Assembly (NCBI GenBank): GCA_965243655.1
Contig: CBDEVV010000017.1
Coordinates: 1,396,319-1,460,318, forward strand
Direction of reading: 5' to 3'
Length of the DNA stretch: 64,000 nt
DNA from: Dehalococcoidia bacterium
GTDB taxonomy: Bacteria > Chloroflexota > Dehalococcoidia > Lucifugimonadales > CAJWER01
Shown here piece by piece: positions 43,788-51,569 of this stretch. Within the stretch, counting starts at the first letter, position 1. Each line of letters starts with the position of its first letter. Made by a program: the position numbers and the translations under genes. The notes under the pieces are model-generated. The model was given only the letters and a program-made list of their open reading frames with translations. It was not told the origin of the DNA and ran no database searches.

Positions 43788-46705
43788 GGTGCCTGGAGCC
43801 ACCTGCGGATCTCGCCCGGCATCTCGTACAGCGCCGGAGTCCTCCGGGTCGCGGGCGGCAGCGAGTCCAGGAACGCCCTCCCGTATCGCCGCGACACAGC
43901 CCTCTTGTCCAGGATGACGGCTACACCCCGGTCCCTGCTCGTCCGTATGAGCCTGCCGAAGCCCTGCCTCAGGCGCAGTATCGCCTGCGGCACCGCGTAC
44001 TCGTCGAACGCCCGCTCGTACAGTTCCGATCGCGCCGAGAACACGGGGTCCGTTGGCACGGAGAACGGCAGCCGCGCCACCAGCAGCACCTTCAGTGCGT
44101 CTCCCGCCAGGTCGACGCCCTCCCAGAACGATGCCGTCCCCAGCAGCACCGACTTCGGGTTCTCCACGAACCTCCGCACGAGTTGGTGCGGAGTGCCGTC
44201 CACGCCCTGCGCCAGCACCTCGAAACCCTGGGACTCGAGGCTTCCTTTCAGGGCCTTCGAAGTGCTCTGCAGCGACGCGTGGGACGTGAACAGCGCCATG
44301 GTTGCCCCTCCGGCCGCCAGGGCCGCGTCCATCACCGCCTGCTCCACCGCCGCCTGGTAGTCCCACGCTGACGGCTCGGGCATGTCGTTCGGCACGCACA
44401 GCAACGCGGCCTTCGGATAGTCGAACGGTGACCCCAGGCGGAGCTCGTCGGCCTCGGCAAAGCCAGTGCGCTCGATGATATGGCCGAATCCCTCCCTGGT
44501 GCTCAGCGTCGCAGAGGTCAACACGACGGCCCGGCGCTGCGAGTAGACCAGCTTCTCCAGCAGGTTGCCCACGTGCACCGGCGCCATGTTCACCTCCAGG
44601 TCGCTGGAGCGTGATGAGCGGCTCAGCCAATAGATGCCGTTCTCCTCCGGGTGCGGGATCGCTTCCTTCAGCCTGTTCCTGATCTCCCGCGTCCTCTCGC
44701 GCAGGCCCATCGTCTCCATCAGCAGCGCGTCGTAGTCGAGGATGCCGGCGTCCTCGAGACCGTCCAGCGCTGTGAACAGGTCCGAGGTCGCCGCGTCCAG
44801 CTCGTCCAGGGCCGCGTCGATGTCCTGCCACGCTATCTCGGCCTCCGACCACGCCGGTTGGCTCCGCGTCGACTTCGTGATGCGAAGCTCCTGCCCGAAC
44901 CTCGACTGCGCCCCGGAAGCCGTGGGCAGGAGTCGCTGCAGGACCCCGAACAGCTTGGCCATACCCTCGCGAACAGCCGGAAGCACACCGATGGTCCGCT
45001 GTGCCGCTGCATCGAGCGAGTCGCGCCGCGTCTGCGCCGCTGACGAGCCCCGCAGCGCGAGAGCGGCCCTGTTGAGCAAGCCCCTCTCGCCCGCCAGCAG
45101 GTCGAGATGGTCCTCCAGCCCGGTCTGGCTGACCTGGAAACCCATGTGGTCGGTGGCCACGCCCTCCAGGTGTTGGGCCTCGTCCACGATCAGAACGTCG
45201 TGCTCGGGTATCACCGTCCCGCCTGTCAGGATGTCAGTCACCAGCAGCGCGTGGTTGACGATCACAACGTGCGCCGCGGCGGCCTTGTCACGGCCGTGGC
45301 GCAGGAAACACACGCCGCTCACGCCGTTGCAGTCCAGCGCGCCCTGCGCCGAGACCCGGTCCCACGGCGTCCACCCGCCGCCCGACAGGTTCAGCTCGCT
45401 CCTGTCGCCCGTGCCCGTCCCCTGCATCCACACCAGCAGCTTCGACAGCATCCGCGCCTCGTCCGAGGACACTGATTCGGACGACCGCAGGGACGACCAT
45501 CGCTTCAGGCACAGGTAGTTGTTGCGCCCCTTCAGCAGACTGTAGCGAAACTCGTCGATGGGCACGCCGTCGACCCCGCGCAGCGCTTCTGCCACAGCAG
45601 GCACGTCCTTGTTCAGCAGCTGCTCCTGCAGGTTGATCGTGTTCGTCGAGACCACCACGCGCACGTTGTTCTGCAGCGCGTACAGCGCCGCCGGCAGCAG
45701 ATAGGCCATCGACTTGCCTACGCCCGTACCGGCCTCGACGATGAGCCGCTTGCCGTCGTTTATCGCCCGGGTGACCGCCTCGGCCATCGCCCCCTGCTCC
45801 GCTCTCTCCTCGTACTCTGCCATCGCCCGCGATACCGGTCCGCCCCGGCTCAACAGCGCCCTCACCTGGCCGACCTCGATCGGCAGAGGCGTCTGGTTGG
45901 GTATCAGCGCCCGGTTCCGCTTTAGGCGCCCCCTGAGGGACGAGACATCGATGCCCGTGACGCTCGCCTGGGCGCGGCGTTCTGCGTCGGGCCCAGGCGG
46001 CGGTCTTCCTTCGAGCATCCTGTGGGTCTCGAGCCGGCGCAGCAGGTATGCCAGCACCCACGACGACCGTGATGCCAGCCGCTGCATCTCCGCAAGTGCA
46101 TACTCGTCCAGCCGACCGGCCTCCTCGACTAGCAGCGTAAAGACCTGGCTGGTGATCTCAGCGTCTCCCAAGGCCCGGTGTGGGTTTTCGTGGGAGATCC
46201 CCAGTGCCGCGGCCACCTTCGCGAGCGAGTACTCCCACGACGGCTTGAGCACGTAGGCCAGCTCCAGCGTGTCGGCTCTCGGTCCAGGAAATCTGACGCC
46301 CTTGGCGGCCAGGAACCCCAGGTCGAAGTCGATATTGTGCCCAACGATGGGCCTCCTTCCCACGAACGACTCCAGCCTGCCCGCAACTCTTGAGAACGAG
46401 GGCGCAGCGTCGACCTGCTCCTGGGAGATGCCTGTGTACCTCCTGATGAAGGCGCCAAGCTCCCGGTTCGGGTTCACTAGCGAGTGGAAGGTTTCCAGGG
46501 TCTCCGTGCCCCTGAACCGGACGGACCCAATCTCTATGATCTCGTCGTCCTCGGGCGAGAGACCGGTCGTCTCCAGGTCCAGCGCTACCCACTCCTCCTC
46601 CAGCGGGTGAACACCTGCTTCGAAGAGTGAGGCTGGCGGTGAGGGTGCTCTCGGCGGCTCAGGTAGTGTCGTCAATGCAGGTCGCGAATGAACCTCTTCC
46701 CCCAT
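43784..46705 (-). CDS. dinG: DnaQ-like 3'-5' exonuclease fused to a DinG-family helicase
   Basis: WVALDLETTGLSPEDDEIIEIGSVRF (exo I), EAGTGVGKS, IVDEAQHLE, Cys cluster. ATG 46705 preferred, since the track start 46825 (TTG) is preceded by a low-GC3 stretch. Confidence 0.88.
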   Translation of the reverse strand: MGEEVHSRPALTTLPEPPRAPSPPASLFEAGVHPLEEEWVALDLETTGLSPEDDEIIEIGSVRFRGTETLETFHSLVNPNRELGAFIRRYTGISQEQVDAAPSFSRVAGRLESFVGRRPIVGHNIDFDLGFLAAKGVRFPGPRADTLELAYVLKPSWEYSLAKVAAALGISHENPHRALGDAEITSQVFTLLVEEAGRLDEYALAEMQRLASRSSWVLAYLLRRLETHRMLEGRPPPGPDAERRAQASVTGIDVSSLRGRLKRNRALIPNQTPLPIEVGQVRALLSRGGPVSRAMAEYEERAEQGAMAEAVTRAINDGKRLIVEAGTGVGKSMAYLLPAALYALQNNVRVVVSTNTINLQEQLLNKDVPAVAEALRGVDGVPIDEFRYSLLKGRNNYLCLKRWSSLRSSESVSSDEARMLSKLLVWMQGTGTGDRSELNLSGGGWTPWDRVSAQGALDCNGVSGVCFLRHGRDKAAAAHVVIVNHALLVTDILTGGTVIPEHDVLIVDEAQHLEGVATDHMGFQVSQTGLEDHLDLLAGERGLLNRAALALRGSSAAQTRRDSLDAAAQRTIGVLPAVREGMAKLFGVLQRLLPTASGAQSRFGQELRITKSTRSQPAWSEAEIAWQDIDAALDELDAATSDLFTALDGLEDAGILDYDALLMETMGLRERTREIRNRLKEAIPHPEENGIYWLSRSSRSSDLEVNMAPVHVGNLLEKLVYSQRRAVVLTSATLSTREGFGHIIERTGFAEADELRLGSPFDYPKAALLCVPNDMPEPSAWDYQAAVEQAVMDAALAAGGATMALFTSHASLQSTSKALKGSLESQGFEVLAQGVDGTPHQLVRRFVENPKSVLLGTASFWEGVDLAGDALKVLLVARLPFSVPTDPVFSARSELYERAFDEYAVPQAILRLRQGFGRLIRTSRDRGVAVILDKRAVSRRYGRAFLDSLPPATRRTPALYEMPGEIRRWLQAP

Positions 46706-46821
46706 CTGGGGGGAAGATTGAGATGGGGGCTCCCAGTCTTCGCGAGGATGACTCTGTTCAAACTTCACTACTATTGAGTGTGTGGCGGCTCCGGCAATTG
46801 TATTCCGTCGCGCCGCCCCGG

Positions 46822-47244
46822 TCAAACGGCTGTTCTAGCCATGAACGGGAGCAGCCAGCCGAAGTTCACCGCGAACACGACGATCAGCACCGCCGCGCCG
46901 GCGGGCATCCGGCGCAGCACTACGGGAATGGGCGCGGCGACGCATGCCGCGAACAGCAGCACGGCGAGCGTGAAGACCAGGTTCTGGCTCCACAGCCCGC
47001 CGCCCGGGAAGGTCTCGAAGCTCACCCGGTACATCAGTCCCGCGATCCCGCCCACTATCGTCCACAGCGGGTACGACACCGCCAGCAGCCCCATCGTCAT
47101 CTTCATCGGCGAGAGCCGCTCGAGGAGCCCTTGGAATCCGGGCGAGGGGTCCTTGGCCATGAAGAACAGAGCCAGCGGCCCTACCGTCATCGTCACCGAC
47201 GCCATCAACAGCCCGCTGAACACCCCAGCGATAACGTAGCTCAT
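46822..47244 (-). CDS. hypothetical integral membrane protein
   Basis: 140 aa from ATG 47244, about 4 hydrophobic segments. The track ORF N-terminus (to 47391) is translated family A repeat (PSPVEGEG x2). Confidence 0.55.
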   Translation of the reverse strand: MSYVIAGVFSGLLMASVTMTVGPLALFFMAKDPSPGFQGLLERLSPMKMTMGLLAVSYPLWTIVGGIAGLMYRVSFETFPGGGLWSQNLVFTLAVLLFAACVAAPIPVVLRRMPAGAAVLIVVFAVNFGWLLPFMARTAV

Positions 47245-47255
47245 CGCAGCTCTGA

Positions 47256-47337
47256 CCCCCTCTCCCTCGACGGGAGAAGGCTGGGTTGAGGGTGAACCCC
47301 CCTCTCCCTCGACGGGAGAGGGTTGGGGTGAGGGTGA
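47256..47337. repeat. short hairpin repeat, family A, two tandem copies
   Basis: ccccctctccctcgacgggaga(a/g)gg(c/t)tgggttgagggtga at 47256-47295 and 47298-47337. Confidence 0.8.
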
Positions 47338-47347
47338 CACTCCCGGC

Positions 47348-48217
47348 TCACTGAACGGACTCTGGCTGCACCGTCGACACCAGTTGCGCATTCCACCCTC
47401 GCATGCTGGTCAATAACAGCGCGATGGCCGTACCCTGGTCCCTGCGGGGCATCGGGGCGTAAAGGGACGGCCCGCTGCCCGCCACGTGGATCTCACGAGC
47501 CCCGAAGCTGCCCAGCGCATCTCGATATTCTTCCAGGCCGTCGTACGCACCGAGCGCAACCTCGTCGAACGCGTTGTAGAGAAGCTCGTCCGGCACGTCG
47601 CCCCCGCCGCGGATGCGCGCCTCCAGCTTTCGCGTCAGCTGCCCGCCCGTGTACTGCGCCGGGGTCACTCGCGAGTACATCGCGGCAGTCTTGTCGGCTT
47701 GCGGGATCTTGATGCAGAGCAGCACCAGCCATGACTGATCGATGGGTGGAAGCGGCCTCACCCTCTCGCCGCGCCCGGACACCATTGCTGTGCCGCCGCG
47801 GACGAAGAACGGCACGTCCGAACCCAGCTCTGCCCCTACCCAGGCCAGCTCACCATCGCTCATCCCGAGCCCCCACAGCCTGTTCAGCCCGACTAGGACG
47901 GCTGCCGCGTTGCTGCTGCCGCCGCCCAGCCCCGATGCCTGCGGTATCTCCTTCTCGATGCCGATCGATGCCCCTTCTCGGACACCTGAGCGCTCCGCCA
48001 GCAGGACCGCGGCCCGGTACGCCAGGTTGTCCCGGACTGGAACGCCGGGCAGTGCAGGGGAGAGCTTGATCTCGTTGGCGGGCTCTACAGTCACCGTGTC
48101 GTGCAGGCTCACTGTCTGCATGATGCTCACGATCTCGTGGTACCCGTCTGCGCGCTTGCCGAGCACCTCAAGAGTGAAGTTCACCTTCGCGTATGAAGGA
48201 ATCTCGACTTTCACCAC
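47348..48217 (-). CDS. ispE: 4-diphosphocytidyl-2-C-methyl-D-erythritol kinase
   Basis: AKVNFTLEVLGKRADGYHEIVSIMQTVSLHD...IPQASGLGGGSSNAAA. Confidence 0.92.
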   Translation of the reverse strand: MVKVEIPSYAKVNFTLEVLGKRADGYHEIVSIMQTVSLHDTVTVEPANEIKLSPALPGVPVRDNLAYRAAVLLAERSGVREGASIGIEKEIPQASGLGGGSSNAAAVLVGLNRLWGLGMSDGELAWVGAELGSDVPFFVRGGTAMVSGRGERVRPLPPIDQSWLVLLCIKIPQADKTAAMYSRVTPAQYTGGQLTRKLEARIRGGGDVPDELLYNAFDEVALGAYDGLEEYRDALGSFGAREIHVAGSGPSLYAPMPRRDQGTAIALLLTSMRGWNAQLVSTVQPESVQ

Positions 48218-49089
48218 CCGTGTCCCCCGTTGGTCCAGACTTTATAGAGCTGCCCCCACTCGGCCACCGTGAGTGTCTGCGCCCGCCGGGAGGGATCGAC
48301 CCCCGCCGCGACGAGGGTAGACTCCGACTTCCCCGTGGCTATACCCAGACCGTTGGCCAGCGAGTTCCGTATCTGCTTCCTCGGCGCGCTGAACCCCGCC
48401 CGCACCACCTCGAAGAAGCCCTCGGGCGAGCCGAACGGCACCACGGGGGCGTCGTACACGTCGATCCTCACCACCGACGACCATACCTTGGGCGTCGGCC
48501 TGAACGCCCGAGGTGGAACGTGGCACACCACCCTGGGCCTCCCATAGACCTGCGTCGCCACTGACAGCAGGCCCATCTTGCCCTGTTTCGCCGTCATGGT
48601 CTGCGCCACCTCGCGCTGGACCATGACCACCATCACATCCGGCTTGTGGCCTGCCTCCAGGAACCGGCGGACTATGGGAGATGCGGCGTAGTAGGGGAGG
48701 TTGGCGACGAGCTTGTACGGCTTCGCCCCTGCGACCAGCGCCTCAACTGGGACCTGTCGTGCATCTGCACGCACAACCCGGACGCCGGGCAGGCCCTTGT
48801 CGTCGAGCTCCGTGGCCAGCGCCTCGTCCAGCTCCACCGCGACGACCGAGCCCGAGCGCTCAGCGAGGGTCCGCGTCAGGAACCCCCTGCCGGGGCCGAC
48901 TTCTACGACCGTGTCTTCGGTCGACAGGTCGGCCGCAGAGGCTATGCGGGTCCGCACTCCGCCGTCGACCAGGAAGTTCTGGCCGAGGCTTTTCCGGGGT
49001 CGGCGGGGGGTTGTGGACGGTGCGGCGTCGGGCCCTCCGCGGGTTTCCCCGCGGGTGCCGTCAGCGGGGGTAGTCTTCGCTGGAGCCAA
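48211..49089 (-). CDS. rsmA: 16S rRNA (adenine1518/1519-N6)-dimethyltransferase
   Basis: PRKSLGQNFLVDGGV...VVEVGPGRGFLT...LVANLPYY, TTG start. Confidence 0.92.
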   Translation of the reverse strand: MAPAKTTPADGTRGETRGGPDAAPSTTPRRPRKSLGQNFLVDGGVRTRIASAADLSTEDTVVEVGPGRGFLTRTLAERSGSVVAVELDEALATELDDKGLPGVRVVRADARQVPVEALVAGAKPYKLVANLPYYAASPIVRRFLEAGHKPDVMVVMVQREVAQTMTAKQGKMGLLSVATQVYGRPRVVCHVPPRAFRPTPKVWSSVVRIDVYDAPVVPFGSPEGFFEVVRAGFSAPRKQIRNSLANGLGIATGKSESTLVAAGVDPSRRAQTLTVAEWGQLYKVWTNGGHGW

Positions 49090-49109
49090 CGCGCAGTACC
49101 TTGGATGAC

Positions 49110-49380
49110 AGGCCGTGCACCTCCGGTTCGATCCCCCACGTCGGCATACCGTTTCGGGGGCGGCTCAAGCCAGGCTGGCCCGCGGCGCCCGGATGCACTG
49201 CTTACCGCTGCTTCCTTCCGGACCTGACGGGGTTCACAGGTTTCCGCCGCGCGGGACCCGGCTCTCAGCACCGCCGTCCGAAGGGCAGAGGCCTCGTGAA
49301 GGGACCTCATGGAGGAATTCAGCCTCGCTAGAGCGGATTGCGAGTTCAGGGCACCGCTATCTCCCCGCCTAGCACGGCCT
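49110..49380 (-). ncRNA. ffs: signal recognition particle RNA, long (Bacillus-type, Alu-domain-containing) form
   Basis: The minus strand contains CCCGUCAGGUCCGGAAGGAAGCAGCGGUAAG (universal domain IV). The 5' segment GGGGAGAUAGCGGUGCCCUGAACUCGCAAUCCGCUCUAGCGAGGCUGAAUUCC parallels B. subtilis scRNA as I recall it. The ends AGGCCGUGC / GCACGGCCU pair. Confidence 0.85.
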
Positions 49381-49386
49381 CAAACC

Positions 49387-49415
49387 ATACTAGTTTAGCC
49401 CCGCCTCCCTGTCAA
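49387..49415 (-). promoter_or_regulatory. consensus-like promoter of ffs
   Basis: On the minus strand: TTGACA (49415-49410), 17 nt, TAGTAT (49392-49387). The predicted RNA 5' end is 7 nt downstream. Confidence 0.65.
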
Positions 49416-49537
49416 CGAACTGCGTAGGTACCAATGCAGAGGCAGAAAAGGTCCCGAACGTTCGCCCAGAGCAACATGGCGCCCGGTGCCTGGGCCGTGC
49501 GGGAAGGACAGTAGCTGGGACGAGGTTCTCACTCCGT

Positions 49538-49567
49538 CGTTCCTGCGAAGGCAGGAACCCAGAGGGG
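49538..49567. repeat. short hairpin repeat, family B
   Basis: cgttcctgc gaag gcaggaac ccagagggg, a perfect 8-bp stem. Copy of the 6581-6611 element. Confidence 0.65.
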
Positions 49568-49749
49568 CGATCTGGCGGGGTTCCCCTCCGGTTTGGAGCA
49601 GTTACTTGAGCAGACTGTCGAAGGGCCTGCTCCGTACCCGACAACGGGCCAGCGCTTCGCCACGCGATGTTCAAGCCCTCAACACTTCGGCATCTCGTGC
49701 AGATACCTTCACAGGTTCGGCGCCCGCGAGTGAGCAGCCCGCCCCGCCG

Positions 49750-49758
49750 TGCTATAAT
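49750..49758 (+). promoter_or_regulatory. extended -10 element (TGcTATAAT) upstream of the HIBADH-like gene
   Basis: tgctataat sits 55 nt upstream of ATG 49813. The string ctataatctccg is shared with the rpsL promoter. The -35 is weak. Confidence 0.45.
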
Positions 49759-49812
49759 CTCCGCCGATTCCCTGCGCCCGTACCTGCTCAGGCGCCTCCA
49801 GGAGATTTCCCC

Positions 49813-50703
49813 ATGGCCAAAGTCGGCTTCGTCGGGCTGGGACTGATTGGCACACCCATGTGCATGAACCTCGTGAGGGCTGGCCACCAGGTCACCGTCT
49901 GGAATCGCACCGCATCCCGCATGAAGCCCCTCACCGACGCCGGCGCATCCCCCGCCGCATCGCCCAGCGACGCGGCTACTGGCCGCGAGATCGTCATAAC
50001 CTGCGTTTCCGACTCCCCCGACGTGGAGCACGTCATCGCCGGCCCCGGCGGCATAATCGAGGGCGCGGCCCCGGGCACGATTGTCATCGACATGAGCACC
50101 ATCTCCCCCTCGGTGACCCGCTCGATAGCGGAGCGCCTGGCCGGGAAGGGGGTCGAGATGATCGACGCCCCCGTGAGCGGCGGCGTGAACGGCGCCGAGG
50201 CCGGCACCCTTTCGATCATGGTCGGCGGCAACGAAGATGCTGTCGCGCGGGCCATGCCGGTGCTCGAGGCCATCGGCAGCAAGATCACCCACTGCGGCCC
50301 CAACGGCATGGGCCAGGTCACGAAACTCGCCAACCAAATCGTCGGGCTCGGCAATATGGCCGCCATGTGCGAGGGGCTCGTGTTCGCGGCAAGATCCGGC
50401 GCAGACCTCGGTGCGGTCCTCCAGGCCATGTCGGGCGGCGCGGCCAACTCCTGGATGATCGAGAACCTGGGCCCGTCCATACTGGACGGCTCCTTCGACC
50501 CCGGCTTCATGATCAAGCTGGCCCACAAGGACCTCAGGCTGGTCCTCGAGTCGGCCACGGAGATGGGACTGCCCCTGGTATCCACCCCGTCCGTCACGCA
50601 GATGTACAGGGCCGCCATAGTCGCGGGCCACGGCGACGACGGAATCCAGGGCTACGTCAAGGTGTTAGAAGCACTGGCCGACGTGGAGGCCCGCTCAGGG
50701 TAA
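49813..50703 (+). CDS. beta-hydroxyacid dehydrogenase (HIBADH/tartronate semialdehyde reductase family)
   Basis: MAKVGFVGLGLIGTPMCMNL...DAPVSGGVNGAEAGTLSIMVGG...GQVTKLANQ. The track ORF starts at 49486 in the non-coding spacer. Confidence 0.88.
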   Translation: MAKVGFVGLGLIGTPMCMNLVRAGHQVTVWNRTASRMKPLTDAGASPAASPSDAATGREIVITCVSDSPDVEHVIAGPGGIIEGAAPGTIVIDMSTISPSVTRSIAERLAGKGVEMIDAPVSGGVNGAEAGTLSIMVGGNEDAVARAMPVLEAIGSKITHCGPNGMGQVTKLANQIVGLGNMAAMCEGLVFAARSGADLGAVLQAMSGGAANSWMIENLGPSILDGSFDPGFMIKLAHKDLRLVLESATEMGLPLVSTPSVTQMYRAAIVAGHGDDGIQGYVKVLEALADVEARSG

Positions 50704-51391
50704 TGCGAGTCCTTATCGACAGCCTGGAGGGCGGCGCACGGAACGCACGGGGCACTGTGGTGATCCTCGACGTATTCAGGGCATTCACCACCGCGGCCGT
50801 CGCCTTCTCCCGCGGCGTCACGGAGATCCTGCTGGTCGCGGGCGTCGACGAAGCCCTGGACCTGCGCGACCGCGGCCTTGCCGACATCGCTGTTGGAGAG
50901 GTCGCCGGCAAGATGCCCGAAGGGTTCGACTTCGGCAACTCGCCCCATGAGCTGTCACAGGCCGGCGTGGATGGCAAGACCCTCGTCCAGCGGACGTCCG
51001 CTGGGACACTCGGAGTCACCGCAGCCACGAACGCCGACAGGACCTACGTCGCGTCGCTAGTCGTCGCCAGGGCCACGGCAATGGCCCTCAGGCGGGAGGC
51101 TCCCGACCTCGTCACAATCGTAGCAATGGGCGGCGATGCCCTCGAACGCACCGACGAGGACGAGCAGTGCGCCATGTACATCAGGAACCTCGTCGAGGGC
51201 CGCAGCCCTGACCCCGACGCCGTCCGGTCGCTTGTGCTCTCCGGCGACCAGGCTGAGAAGTACGCCGACCCGGCCGCCCGCACTTCCACCCGCAGGACCT
51301 CGACTGGGCCATGCGCATCGACGCATTCGACTTCGCCATGGCAGTCGAACGGAGGGACGACTTACTGGTCGCGCGTCGAGTAGACGTCTGA
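50703..51391 (+). CDS. comB: 2-phosphosulfolactate phosphatase (ComB) family protein, with an apparent 1-nt frameshift near 51257-51280
   Basis: ATG 50703 overlaps the upstream stop (TAATG). [17 protein letters not shown]...FDFGNSP. After about 51270 the annotated frame turns S/T-rich with low GC3. The -1 frame reads [38 protein letters not shown], stop 51389-51391. Confidence 0.7.
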
Positions 51392-51483
51392 CCCGTATGG
51401 CCTGCGCCGGACCGTTCGCCCTGAGCGGCGTAATGTCCACACACGGGCTGTGCAGCGAGGTCGATCACTGCCGTGCAGACAAA

Positions 51484-51545
51484 GACCGTTCGCCCTGAGT
51501 CTGCCTGTCCTGAGTTTGTCGAAGGGTCGAAGGGCAGTGCTCCGC
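51484..51545. repeat. short repeat, family C (TCGCCCTGAG..CTGTCGAAGGGCAGTGCTC)
   Basis: gaccgttcgccctgagtctgcctgtcctgagtttgtcgaagggtcgaagggcagtgctc. Related copies are at 56121-56151, with partial copies at 51409-51427 and 49615-49626. Confidence 0.65.
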
Positions 51546-51569
51546 CAGCCGAGTGATGATCCACTGCCC

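Noticed and set aside
43788-44852. N-terminal 355 aa of track ORF 42894..44852
   Set aside because: It is an Arg/Gly/Ala-rich off-frame reading across the 3' part of dinG. The glycosylase homology starts at GTG 43787, which overlaps the dinG stop.
46699-46730. 9-bp inverted repeat cccccatct/agatggggg around the preferred dinG start codon
   Set aside because: It is real in the sequence, but I cannot separate a regulatory hairpin from chance in a GC-rich leader, and the start-codon choice itself is uncertain.
49120-49140. tRNA/tmRNA-like GGTTCGATCCCCC string
   Set aside because: The flanks do not form a T-arm or acceptor stem. The segment is the antisense of the 3' part of the SRP RNA on the minus strand.
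49390-50631. 413-aa minus-strand ORF, and the 5' part of plus ORF 49486..50703
   Set aside because: The minus ORF is antisense to the well-supported HIBADH-like gene. The plus-strand N-terminal 109 aa lie in the repeat-containing spacer upstream of a good ATG that follows a TGnTATAAT element.
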